A DNA stretch of 64,000 nucleotides from an uncultured Subdoligranulum sp. (GTDB lineage: Bacteria > Bacillota > Clostridia > Oscillospirales > Ruminococcaceae): assembly GCA_945830575.1 (NCBI GenBank), contig CALZZE010000014.1, positions 117 through 64,116 on the forward strand, written 5' to 3'. The notes below the pieces were generated by a model. That model saw only the letters and a program-made list of their open reading frames with translations, was not told the origin of the DNA and made no database searches. Made by a program: the position numbers and the translations under genes. Positions 37,952 through 48,168 of this stretch are shown here, piece after piece. Position 1 is the first letter of the stretch; each line of letters opens with the position of its first letter.

Positions 37952-39643
37952 GTGAATGCTGTGCTGGCGGTTGGGACAGTACTGGATAACAAATATGAAA
38001 TTATCAAACAGATTGGCAAGGGCGGCACCTCGTTGGTCTATTTGGCGATGAATCAGAAGCTGAATCAGCAGTGGGTTATCAAGGAAATCCGCAGTGAACT
38101 GGACGCAGCAGCCAAAAACCGTATGCTGCAGGAAGCCCGTTTGATGATGACCTTTGATCACCCGGCGATTCCGCGTATTGTGGACATTCTGGACAATACC
38201 TACATTGTCATGGATTACGTTTCGGGCCAATCGCTGGCCCATGAGTTGAAAGAGCATGGGCCGGTTTCTCAGGAAACAGCGGTGGAGTGGGGAAAACAGA
38301 TTTGCAATGTGCTGGTTTATCTGCACTCTCAGGATCCCCCCATCATCTACCACGATTTGAAACCCGGCAACATTATTCTGAAAATGCCCGAACGAAATCT
38401 GAAGCTGATTGACTTTGGCGAGGCCCGGAAATGTGTGAACGGGAATGCCCCCGGCGGTGGCAAAACAAGGGAATACGCCGCGCCGGAGCAGCAGACGGAA
38501 ACAAGAGGCAACACGGATCCCCGCACGGATATTTACTGTTTCGGCACCACGATGTACCGGTTGCTGACGGGGCAGTTTGTTCCACCTTATCCGGAGCCGG
38601 TCGGCTCGATCCGGGAGCGGTTTCCACAGCTGCAAATCTCCAAAGGCATGGATAACATTATCCGCAAATGTACCCGGAAAGACCCGGACAGGCGCTTTCA
38701 GTCTGCGGAGGAGCTGATGCAGGCGCTGGATAACATCGTGCTGTGGGACGAAGATTATCTGGCAAAGCAGAAAAGAAAAATCCATCTGTGTGTTGGTTCA
38801 CTGGCCGCAGCGGCGGTGATGCTTGTGGCGGGAATTGGATTCAACCGGGGCGCAGCTTTTCAGGACAGCCAAACCTATGAAAGTCTCATTGGAACCGAGG
38901 CGGCGCTGGGGTATGAAAGCCAGGTCAGCAATTATCTTGAGGCAGTTGCGCTGAATGGACAGGATACCAGAGCGTACACCAAGCTGGTGGAGGCGTACCA
39001 AAGCAACGGCGTGTTCGGGGATGAACAGAGCCAGCAGCTCGGAAATGCCTATAATGCCAACAAGGCAGGATTTACCATGAGCGATCCCGACATGGTGGAG
39101 CTGAACTATCAGATCGGTCACTTGTACTTCAATATGTATACCGGGGACGGCAATGCATTCCGCTCGCGGATTCAGAAGGCACAGGGATACTTTACTTATG
39201 TGGTGGAATATGGCTCTGCCACAGATGAACATTATCAAATTGCCAGCAGCTATAAAACGCTGTGCGACTTTTTTACCAGCTTTGTGCTGAATGACAGCAG
39301 TGTTCTGGAGCCGACAGAGGAAGATTATCGAGCCATGATGGCAGCCATTGAGACCTGTATGGAGGACATGCAGGGCTATGCCTCCAGTGATGCCGCTTAT
39401 ACCCGACTGACCCTGTACCAGAAAATCATGGACGCGGTGAATACCAATATCCGGGGCTTTGCGCAAAACGGCATTGAGCAGACGGAGGTCCGCCAGCTTG
39501 TCCAGAATACGCTGAATCATGTCAGAAACGAAAGCGTGACGCAGCCCACATCGGTGGCACTGCAAACCAGCATTGTGGACCAGGGCGAGGACGTACTGGA
39601 CAACATCACCCGCGAATACGACAGTATGAAGAGAGGTAACTGA
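37952..39643 (+). CDS. Hanks-type Ser/Thr protein kinase with TM and extracytoplasmic helical domain
   Basis: GKGGTSLVY, WVIKE, YHDLKPGN, LIDFG, YAAPE, DIYCFG; TM at about aa 280-300. Confidence 0.92.
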   Translation: MNAVLAVGTVLDNKYEIIKQIGKGGTSLVYLAMNQKLNQQWVIKEIRSELDAAAKNRMLQEARLMMTFDHPAIPRIVDILDNTYIVMDYVSGQSLAHELKEHGPVSQETAVEWGKQICNVLVYLHSQDPPIIYHDLKPGNIILKMPERNLKLIDFGEARKCVNGNAPGGGKTREYAAPEQQTETRGNTDPRTDIYCFGTTMYRLLTGQFVPPYPEPVGSIRERFPQLQISKGMDNIIRKCTRKDPDRRFQSAEELMQALDNIVLWDEDYLAKQKRKIHLCVGSLAAAAVMLVAGIGFNRGAAFQDSQTYESLIGTEAALGYESQVSNYLEAVALNGQDTRAYTKLVEAYQSNGVFGDEQSQQLGNAYNANKAGFTMSDPDMVELNYQIGHLYFNMYTGDGNAFRSRIQKAQGYFTYVVEYGSATDEHYQIASSYKTLCDFFTSFVLNDSSVLEPTEEDYRAMMAAIETCMEDMQGYASSDAAYTRLTLYQKIMDAVNTNIRGFAQNGIEQTEVRQLVQNTLNHVRNESVTQPTSVALQTSIVDQGEDVLDNITREYDSMKRGN

Positions 39644-40182
39644 TGATGTCAAATATCTTTTCGATTCTGTCGATTGTCTGCTTTGCACTGGCGGGTATTC
39701 TGGCAATCGCAGCGGTAGTGCTATTCTTTGCGCTGGATGTGCGCGGCGTGTATGAGGAATTACAGGGGCGTGCGCCTGTCAAAAAGGAGCGGCGAAAGAA
39801 GGAAAAGCCGCAAAAGGAAACGCCCACCCAAACCGACCGGGAGACGCCCACACTCGTACAGGACGAGGCAGTCACGGTGCTGGACAACGGCGAGTTGGAT
39901 TTGGATTCGCTGGTGACCTACTATGAACCGGGAACGGAATTCGGGGAGGAAACCACCGCGTTGGATGCGGAACAGCCAACGGCGGCCGAAATCGGGGAAA
40001 CCGAAATGCCCACCGTCATGGGAGAGGAAGAGGCTCCTACGGCGTTGGAGGACACACCCGAAGAAGCATTGACTTCGTTGGAGGAAGCGGACACCGCAGC
40101 CGACCAAACACAAACCGGGTTTGTATTGCAGAAGGACATTGTACTGACCAATCGGGAAAAGGCATTGTACCAACTGATTTAA
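39643..40182 (+). CDS. Membrane protein with acidic Thr-repeat tail
   Basis: N-terminal TM; about 8 E-x-x-T-x-x-(D/E)-like units. Confidence 0.7.
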   Translation: MMSNIFSILSIVCFALAGILAIAAVVLFFALDVRGVYEELQGRAPVKKERRKKEKPQKETPTQTDRETPTLVQDEAVTVLDNGELDLDSLVTYYEPGTEFGEETTALDAEQPTAAEIGETEMPTVMGEEEAPTALEDTPEEALTSLEEADTAADQTQTGFVLQKDIVLTNREKALYQLI

Positions 40183-40222
40183 TATAAAAATAGAGGAAAT
40201 TCAACTGGAGGATTGATGAAAT

Positions 40223-43200
40223 ATGAACCAAAGTACCTACACATTGGGTCATAGGATTCTCGCCCTGCTGTGCGCGTTGGCATTGGCCATTGGCTTGATG
40301 CCCACCGCAGCGTTGGCGGAAGCGGTTATGCCGTTGACGGAAACAGCGGTAACAGGAGTGACCCTGAAAAATGGAGAAACCCCTGTTACTGAGCCAATCA
40401 CGATTTACACCACAGCACCGAACAACACCCTGACGCTCACTGCGACCGTGGAGCCGGAAGGAGCTGTCGGAGATGTGATCTGGACAAGCGGCAATCTGGA
40501 GGTTGCCACCGTTGACAACAATGGTGTTGTGACTGCGGTTGCTGCCGGCACTGCTACGATTACAGCCACCGCAACGAATGGCACGGATAGCACTGATGAT
40601 GACATGCCGGAAACCTGCACCGTTTCTGTCAAAAAGCACGTTGATACCATCACGCTTACACCGGCAACGACTGTGCTGACGATTACGAATACCGTGTCAA
40701 ATCCTACCACGACCATTGCCGTAGCATATGGGCCTGAAGATGCAGATGAAGCCGAGAAAAGTGTGACCACTTGGGAAAGCAGCGACAGCACTGTTGCAAC
40801 TGTCGCAAATGGTTCAGTAACCGCACTTAAAGCTGGTAAGACAACCATCACAGCGAAAAACAGCAATGGTGTAAGCGGCCAGTGCGAAATTACCGTCACG
40901 GAAACGACCGCCACGGGGATCACGATTAAGCAGGGAGATGCTGTGGTCAGTACCCCGTTGGAGGTTGTCTATGGTGAGTCGGTACAACTGACAGCGGCGG
41001 TGGAGCCTGAGGGTGCTGTTGGTAATGTAGAGTGGAGCAGCAGCAATCCGGAGGCGGTTTCTGTTGATGAGACTGGCAAGGTGACGGTCAACAACGTTGT
41101 TGATGACGAGGTTACCATTACAGCTAAAATTGGTGGACAGTTTGCCACTTGCACAATTGAGACCAAGAAAAAAGCTGTTGAGATCACGAACATTGTGTTC
41201 GCGTCCCGTCAATACGACGGAAAAACAAGGCTGTCGGATGTGCCGACCATCACCTTGAATCCCGCAGTAGAGAATGCCGTTGTGGAAGGGTTGACTTTCA
41301 CGGTGGAATCTTCCGATGCAGGGGAAAATAAGATTGTCTCGGTGACTTGCGGTAGCCTTTCTATCAAAGATGACCCCAATTATCAGGTGACCATGCATCA
41401 GGGTTTGGAACCGACCATCACGATTATCCCGAAGCCCCTCAATGTCATCTTGTCAGACCAGACTTACAACGGGACGAGCACATATTCCGGGGTTGTTGCT
41501 ACTGTTGGTGGATTGATTGAAGAGAACGCTTCCACAGAGTATCAGGTTACAGCTTCCGCACAGAGTAAGATTGATGCGGGAAACGACAAAGCCGTTACCA
41601 TTACATGGCCGGATGATGACCGCGATATCACAAACTATACCTGGCCTACTGAGGGGAACCTAAAGGTTAACCCGAAACCCATCGCATTCAGGGTAAAAGT
41701 CGACAATAAGGGATATGATGGAACAACCGCAGTGAAAGCCATCTTATACAATACCACAACGGACGCTCCGGTGGGTGATGACGTAAGTACGCAACCAGGA
41801 ACAGGCACTTTTACCAATTCGCTTACAGAGGATAATCTGGAATTTATCGGCACTGGCGTCATTGATAATGACACGGAAAATGTTGGCGTGAAGCTGAAAG
41901 AAAATGCAACGGTCAGCATTTCGTTGAATAGAACTGAGACTACCAATTACGTCCCGAAGTTTACAATCGACTCTGCGAATATTACCAAGAACAGCTACCC
42001 GGAGGATACAGGTTTTGCCCTCCCGAATGCAGACTATACGCAGAATACCACCGAAGGAAGTATCCGGTGGTACAAAGTTGAATCGGAAAACCGTACAATT
42101 GGTATTGCGGCAATGAGCGGCTATGCGATTGCCAGTGAAGAAGGAGGAGCCTACGCCAGTTCCATTTCGGTGTCCCCGTCTGAAAATGACGCGGTGACAG
42201 TGTTTGTGAAAAACACTGCCGACAATACGCTTTCTAAGGAAATAGTAAACAATATTAAGGTGGATTATACAGCCCCGTCTATTGATACGGAAGGAGCAGC
42301 AGGAAATCTTGCTTTTGGGCAGGACGGCAGTGTTACTTATACCATCAAAGTGACCGATGAAGATTCCGGAGTGAATCCGGAAACAGTGCAATACTGCATC
42401 AGCAACAGCAGTTCTTCCAGCGATGGAGCTGAATGGACGCGGGCTGTTGTGGATGGGGATGTTGACAACAATGGTTACACCTTTACTGTTACCGCGCCCA
42501 AGACTGGCTATGTGTATGTAAAGGCTACAGATAACGTTGGCAACACCTATGAAACCAGCTCTATCCGTGCTTTGGTACTGGAAACGCAGATGCCGACGGT
42601 GACAGCAACCTGTGCTGATGCAGGAGATGCCGCAAAGACCCACACTATCCGGTGGACCGCCTCGGATGCTGAGGAAGCTGGCAGTGATCCGTATTCCTAT
42701 TCCGGCATTCGGTTGGTTATTTATGAGTTGAAAAAAGATGGGACAGTAGTCCAGACAGGCAAACTGAAAGAGAACGACGCGCCCACAGAGATGTCTGGCC
42801 TGCCAAGTGTGCGCGCATGCGATGAGAACTATCTTATAGACAATGCGCAATTGGACGGGGAATACACCCTGACCGTCACCGCAACGGATTTTTGTGGTAA
42901 TTCCCAAACCAGTGATCCGCTGACATTGCAATTCGATCATACGCCTCCGACGGTAACTGTTGCCATGTCCGGCGGCGTTGAGATGGATGGAACATTTTTC
43001 TACAACGCCAACAACTGTGGTATTACCATCACAGTTGGCGATAACTATCTGGCGCAGGGGGTCTCCTATACAGCGGCGCTGGAAGGAATGGATAATAGAA
43101 CCGGAACATTGAGCGGCGGAGCAAACGTCATTGCATTCAGTAAGGAAGAGGTAGCAGCTTCCGGGGACAGCGTTTCCAAAACCCTGACGCTCTCACTGAC

Positions 43201-46200
43201 GGATAAAGCGGGCAATACAACGTCTGAAATAACTACCCGTGTCGGTGTGATTGGTAGCGGTATGCAGGCTTTCTTTTCGCTGGATACTACCCCGCCCCGC
43301 CTGACTGTGGTAACCACCAGTGTGGCTACCAGCGGCTTGTATACGGATACCAACGCAGCTTACTACAATGCGGATTCTGTCACAACTACCTTCACCATCG
43401 TGGAAGCCAATATGCCTGCACAGTGGGATTTGAGCTATACAGCCGATAACTCCACTCAACCTGCGGATATGGCGGCATCTGCCGAAGGAAATGTTTCTGT
43501 TATTCTGACGGAAGAAGGAACGTACTCCAGTATTGCGGTTGCTGGACAGGACAAGGCTGGGAACAAGCTCGAATTGGACGCCATTTCTCCGAATCCAGAG
43601 GATGTGGTCACCTGCAGCAACGGGAAAGCGGTACTGACCTATGCCAAGGTGCTTGACCGCACTGCGCCAACGGCGGTGATTACCTATCCTGCTACGGCTA
43701 ACCCTTTGTATCCCAGTGATGAAGGAGAAAACACCGGCACGGCGATCTATTATAATTCCGATGCAACTATTGAAATTCAGATAGCCGACACATATGGCAC
43801 TATAGCAGTTCCCATTGATCTGGCCAAACTGACTGCTAAACTGAATGGAAGCACGGGAGTGACGGTTTCTAATTCAGGGGCAGCCAGCGTATCGGTCACG
43901 GAGGACAGCCGGAACACGGTTGCCGTGTTCGGTACGGATCGCGCAGGAAATACCCTTCAGGTGAAGGAAATCATTGACGGAAAACAAGGCAGTGAAACGC
44001 CTCTGGTTAGCGCATTGGATTCCTACGCCTCTGTCTACACTGTAGTCCGGGATACCGTGGCCCCGGTGTTGACGCTGGATTTCAATAACACTGACACCAC
44101 CGGCTCCTATTATGAGGCCGATAAAGGCACCCACTACTACCCTGAAAATGGAAAATACCGTGCGTATTATGGCAATACCGTTACGACAATTATCCCGTTG
44201 GTGACGGCAATCGTTGATGCAAACGGCGTTGATTTCTCCAGAATATTCTCGGCCACAAATGAGAGTGCGTTTGCACCCCTTGGGGCAGATAAGACGAACT
44301 ATGGTGTAAATGGTTCGGAGCGGGCGATGGTGGAAGAAGTGACCAGGGATGGAGACTACCTTTTCTTCATCTACGGTACGGACAAAGCCGGCAACGCTCT
44401 CGTGGTCAAAGAAAACAAAAAGACCAGTGATGTGGATGTGGATAATGAGGGAACTCCTGGATGCGGTGATGTAGAGCATAAGTATAGCACATATCCGAAG
44501 ACATTGGATACCAAAGCTCCGGAAGTTGTTTTGAGCTATGCTTTCGCGGATGACACTCCGCTGGAGGCAACGCATTACTACGACAACAACGCCTATTACA
44601 AAAATTCTTTTGCTGCGACTTATGCCTACTCCGATGAAAACGGCATTGATTTGACCAAGGTTTTCAAGACGGTGGCCGCCAGCGAGGGAAGTGGATTCGG
44701 CGCTGTAGGAACAAATCCGATTGATGTTTCGGACAAAATTGAAATCCCGGCCTCTGTGGACAATAACGGCCATTATCAGTTCGGTGCCTACGGTGTCGAC
44801 AAGGCGGGTAATGCACTGACCGTGAAGGAAATGAATACTTCCGGACCGGCTGTGCAGGCTCCCGATTCCACCGGAAGAAATGCCGACAACAAGTTTGTCA
44901 GCATTTATCATAAGGTGCTCGATACAGTCAACCCGGTTGCGACCATTACGGTTGATGCGGGGAACTCTCTGCGCAAGGAACTGCAAACCAACTACAACAA
45001 CCGGTATTACTTCAACGACAGCTTTACCACGACGATCTCTGTTGCGGAAACCAACTATGATGCTGCGAAAGTAACGGCTCGTGTTGGCAGCGTCAACAGC
45101 AGCACAGTAGAACAAAACGGAAAAACGCTTCAGACACAGGAGGTCTCGGCAACATCGGTGCTGACTACACACGAGGCCGCCAGCCCGTATATGTATTCGC
45201 AACAGGTAACCGCTGATGGTGTATACTGTTTTGATCTGAAAGGCGTCGACCGTGCGGGCAATCAGATTGTCCTGAATGGTGGGGATCGTGCTGCTAATTT
45301 TGTACAGACGGTAGTAAATGACACAATCGGTGATGAACTTACAGAGCGTTATGTCACATATGCGTTTGCGGAAGATAAGACGGCTCCCGTGCTGAATGTG
45401 ACCATGAAAGACGCCAACAACAAAAACAATGGTTTCAATCAGCAGACGGGCAACTTCTATGAAGCAACTCTTACCTCTGTCGGGTATCAGCTGAGTACGA
45501 ACTATCCGTATCGTTCCAGCAAGGTTGCAGATTTTGCCTTCACGACAAAAGACAACAGTCCTGTTACGGTTTTGTACAAGGTGGACTCCACCGCAGCAAA
45601 CAGCAACTTCGCTTACGAACGCAATGGTGCTGCGGGAATGATTGGACAGGCCGGAGCTGCTGGAGCAGAGGCCTATGTAGATGGTCTTGCCTACACCCAG
45701 CAGACGGCAGATAAGGAACAGATCCTCCAAATCAACTCCCTGTTGATTGAAGATTTGGCCGGCAACCAGGTATCCTATTCCAAGACGGAAAACGAAAACA
45801 AAATTTATCTGGATGTGTCTGCCCCGACCGATGACCAGTTGCAGCCTGTCGTTCGTTTGAGCTATCCCAGTCCTGTGACCCAGAATACGATGAGCCACCG
45901 TGACATTAGCGGCGTGAATCTGTATAAGGACACCGTTGTTGTAACCGCAGATGTGATGGATCCGTACACCAATGCATCGCAGGAAGCGAGAGGCTCTGGT
46001 TTGTACCGGGTGTATTATAAGGTCACCGTGAACGGAGAATCGCAGACAGGAAAGGTTGGCATTCAGACCGGCAGCGGGAAGTCTGCTGTGGCAGCAGATG
46101 ATGGCGTTTACTACATCGATTACAATACCACAGGACAGTCCGGCCCGGTGAATGGCGGAAATGAAACGCTTACCGCATCGGATAAACTGACGTTTACGTT

Positions 46201-48070
46201 CAATCCCAACGATGGCGTGTTCAACTACAACAGCATTGTTCTCACGGTTTGGGCAGTGGATAACGCCAACAATGAGATTGCCGATGCCAATAAAGCAATT
46301 TACAAATTTGGTGTTGATGTTACCGCGCCAATCATTGAAATCAGCTATGATAACAATGACGCCGAAAACGAGAAATACTTCAAGGCTGACCGGACGGCGA
46401 CTGTCGTTGTGACAGAGCGCAATTTCGATGAATCCAAAATTGACATCGTTACAGAATCGAATTCCATCAGTGGGTGGTCCTATTCGGCTGGCGCGGCCGC
46501 GAACGGCGATGAGGATAAGTGGACATGCACCATCAGCTATAATGTGGATGGTGTCTATACACTGAACATCTCCGGCGCGGACCAGCTTGGTATCAACGCT
46601 GCTTCTGTGACTTACGATGGCGTAGCACCGCAGAGTTTTGTGATTGATAAAACCGCACCTGTGGTGGATGTGACCTTTGACAACAACGATGTGCGCAACG
46701 GGAAATACTATAACCAGAGCCGCACTGCTACCGTTTCTGTCACAGATGTCAACTTCAATGGCGTCAATGCCATTGATGTGAGTGCCGCAGTGGGCGGCGC
46801 TGCCCCGGCGGTTTCCTTCAATGGACTTACGGCAACCCTTCCCTTTACCACGGACGGAACCTATTCCTTCCGGGGTACAGTGACAGATATGGCCGGTAAC
46901 GTGTCTCAGGAATTTACCGTAGACGAATTTGTGATCGACCAGACTGCGCCAGAGCTGAGCATTGAAGGTGTTGAGGATTTGGTGGCTTATCCGGGCGAGG
47001 TACTGCCCCGCATTGTGTTCAGCGATCAGAACTATGAAGGCAACACCATTCAGCTTCTCAGAACCGTACTGGATCAAAAGAATGTGGATGTATCCGAGTT
47101 GATTGTCCCCAATGGCGGCGTGACCGCTGGAGCAGATGGCTTGGGTACCGGATCCATCTCCTATGAGGATTTGGAACATGTACAGGAGAATGACGGCATT
47201 TATACTCTGACGGCTTCTGTGACAGACCTGGCCGGAAACTCCACGGAGGATGAAGTGACCTATTCGGTCAACCGCTTCGGCTCTGTGTATGTGTACAGCG
47301 ATGCGCTGACCAATATGATTGGCGCATACAAGCAGAAGGCTGATGAAGGTCTGTACATCTCTGCATACAATGTTTCTCCGTTGATTGAGGATTCCACCAA
47401 GCTGCAAATCTCCTGCGACGGTGCTTCTTTGAGCAATCAGAACAGCAAAGCTGTTGTGACCGGAGGCGCTCAGGCCGGCAACAGTGGCTGGTATGAGTAT
47501 CGCTTCGATATCAGCGGAAACGACTTGACTGGAGATGGGCGATACGAAATCACACTGTCGGATAAGGACGAGGCGGGCAATACCAAGACCAATGCGGAAA
47601 ACCCCATTTGGTTCTACATTGATGCTACCAAACCTTCTCTGGATAGCGTCATTGGCCTCGAAAACAGCATCGTCAATGCGGACAGCCAGACGGTTTCCTT
47701 CATGGCGAGCGATGCAATTGCCTTGAGCAGCATTCAGGTTTACATCGATGACGAGCAGATACAGCAGGCAGACGATTTTGAGACGACGGCCTACGAAAGT
47801 GAGTTCCAAGTGGGTACAGGTCTGCGGCACAGGATTCGGTTTGTCATCACCGACAAGGCAGGCAATGTACTGGATACCGATGAGGATTCCTTTGTACCTT
47901 CCTACACCTTCAACAAGGTGATGACGGTATCTACGAATTTCTTTGTTCGCTGGTTTGCCAACACACCGCTGTTTGTGGGTTCCATTGCGGTTGGTGCAGG
48001 CGGCATTGGTACGGCTGCATTTGTGTTCATCAGAAAACGGCGTCGCATGACTGTTTCGGAAGATGATTGA
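40223..48070 (+). CDS. Giant (2615 aa) Ig-like-repeat surface protein
   Basis: Signal peptide; Big_2-like repeats (WTSGNLEVATVD, WESSDSTVATV, WSSSNPEAVSVD); YDG-type motifs; more than 10 D(K/R/L/M)AGN Ig-like repeats; C-terminal TM plus RKRRR. Confidence 0.9.
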   Translation: MNQSTYTLGHRILALLCALALAIGLMPTAALAEAVMPLTETAVTGVTLKNGETPVTEPITIYTTAPNNTLTLTATVEPEGAVGDVIWTSGNLEVATVDNNGVVTAVAAGTATITATATNGTDSTDDDMPETCTVSVKKHVDTITLTPATTVLTITNTVSNPTTTIAVAYGPEDADEAEKSVTTWESSDSTVATVANGSVTALKAGKTTITAKNSNGVSGQCEITVTETTATGITIKQGDAVVSTPLEVVYGESVQLTAAVEPEGAVGNVEWSSSNPEAVSVDETGKVTVNNVVDDEVTITAKIGGQFATCTIETKKKAVEITNIVFASRQYDGKTRLSDVPTITLNPAVENAVVEGLTFTVESSDAGENKIVSVTCGSLSIKDDPNYQVTMHQGLEPTITIIPKPLNVILSDQTYNGTSTYSGVVATVGGLIEENASTEYQVTASAQSKIDAGNDKAVTITWPDDDRDITNYTWPTEGNLKVNPKPIAFRVKVDNKGYDGTTAVKAILYNTTTDAPVGDDVSTQPGTGTFTNSLTEDNLEFIGTGVIDNDTENVGVKLKENATVSISLNRTETTNYVPKFTIDSANITKNSYPEDTGFALPNADYTQNTTEGSIRWYKVESENRTIGIAAMSGYAIASEEGGAYASSISVSPSENDAVTVFVKNTADNTLSKEIVNNIKVDYTAPSIDTEGAAGNLAFGQDGSVTYTIKVTDEDSGVNPETVQYCISNSSSSSDGAEWTRAVVDGDVDNNGYTFTVTAPKTGYVYVKATDNVGNTYETSSIRALVLETQMPTVTATCADAGDAAKTHTIRWTASDAEEAGSDPYSYSGIRLVIYELKKDGTVVQTGKLKENDAPTEMSGLPSVRACDENYLIDNAQLDGEYTLTVTATDFCGNSQTSDPLTLQFDHTPPTVTVAMSGGVEMDGTFFYNANNCGITITVGDNYLAQGVSYTAALEGMDNRTGTLSGGANVIAFSKEEVAASGDSVSKTLTLSLTDKAGNTTSEITTRVGVIGSGMQAFFSLDTTPPRLTVVTTSVATSGLYTDTNAAYYNADSVTTTFTIVEANMPAQWDLSYTADNSTQPADMAASAEGNVSVILTEEGTYSSIAVAGQDKAGNKLELDAISPNPEDVVTCSNGKAVLTYAKVLDRTAPTAVITYPATANPLYPSDEGENTGTAIYYNSDATIEIQIADTYGTIAVPIDLAKLTAKLNGSTGVTVSNSGAASVSVTEDSRNTVAVFGTDRAGNTLQVKEIIDGKQGSETPLVSALDSYASVYTVVRDTVAPVLTLDFNNTDTTGSYYEADKGTHYYPENGKYRAYYGNTVTTIIPLVTAIVDANGVDFSRIFSATNESAFAPLGADKTNYGVNGSERAMVEEVTRDGDYLFFIYGTDKAGNALVVKENKKTSDVDVDNEGTPGCGDVEHKYSTYPKTLDTKAPEVVLSYAFADDTPLEATHYYDNNAYYKNSFAATYAYSDENGIDLTKVFKTVAASEGSGFGAVGTNPIDVSDKIEIPASVDNNGHYQFGAYGVDKAGNALTVKEMNTSGPAVQAPDSTGRNADNKFVSIYHKVLDTVNPVATITVDAGNSLRKELQTNYNNRYYFNDSFTTTISVAETNYDAAKVTARVGSVNSSTVEQNGKTLQTQEVSATSVLTTHEAASPYMYSQQVTADGVYCFDLKGVDRAGNQIVLNGGDRAANFVQTVVNDTIGDELTERYVTYAFAEDKTAPVLNVTMKDANNKNNGFNQQTGNFYEATLTSVGYQLSTNYPYRSSKVADFAFTTKDNSPVTVLYKVDSTAANSNFAYERNGAAGMIGQAGAAGAEAYVDGLAYTQQTADKEQILQINSLLIEDLAGNQVSYSKTENENKIYLDVSAPTDDQLQPVVRLSYPSPVTQNTMSHRDISGVNLYKDTVVVTADVMDPYTNASQEARGSGLYRVYYKVTVNGESQTGKVGIQTGSGKSAVAADDGVYYIDYNTTGQSGPVNGGNETLTASDKLTFTFNPNDGVFNYNSIVLTVWAVDNANNEIADANKAIYKFGVDVTAPIIEISYDNNDAENEKYFKADRTATVVVTERNFDESKIDIVTESNSISGWSYSAGAAANGDEDKWTCTISYNVDGVYTLNISGADQLGINAASVTYDGVAPQSFVIDKTAPVVDVTFDNNDVRNGKYYNQSRTATVSVTDVNFNGVNAIDVSAAVGGAAPAVSFNGLTATLPFTTDGTYSFRGTVTDMAGNVSQEFTVDEFVIDQTAPELSIEGVEDLVAYPGEVLPRIVFSDQNYEGNTIQLLRTVLDQKNVDVSELIVPNGGVTAGADGLGTGSISYEDLEHVQENDGIYTLTASVTDLAGNSTEDEVTYSVNRFGSVYVYSDALTNMIGAYKQKADEGLYISAYNVSPLIEDSTKLQISCDGASLSNQNSKAVVTGGAQAGNSGWYEYRFDISGNDLTGDGRYEITLSDKDEAGNTKTNAENPIWFYIDATKPSLDSVIGLENSIVNADSQTVSFMASDAIALSSIQVYIDDEQIQQADDFETTAYESEFQVGTGLRHRIRFVITDKAGNVLDTDEDSFVPSYTFNKVMTVSTNFFVRWFANTPLFVGSIAVGAGGIGTAAFVFIRKRRRMTVSEDD

Positions 48071-48107
48071 TGCCTTAGAGAATGACCAGATGTAGCATCT
48101 TCGGTTG

Positions 48108-48140
48108 AAAGGCGCCTCCGCGCAAACGGAGGCGCCTTTT
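48108..48140 (+). terminator. Intrinsic terminator closing the T7SS cluster
   Basis: AAAGGCGCCTCCG-CGCAAA-CGGAGGCGCCTTTT. Confidence 0.8.
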
Positions 48141-48168
48141 ATGGTGTAGATGCATAGGGGAGGACAAA

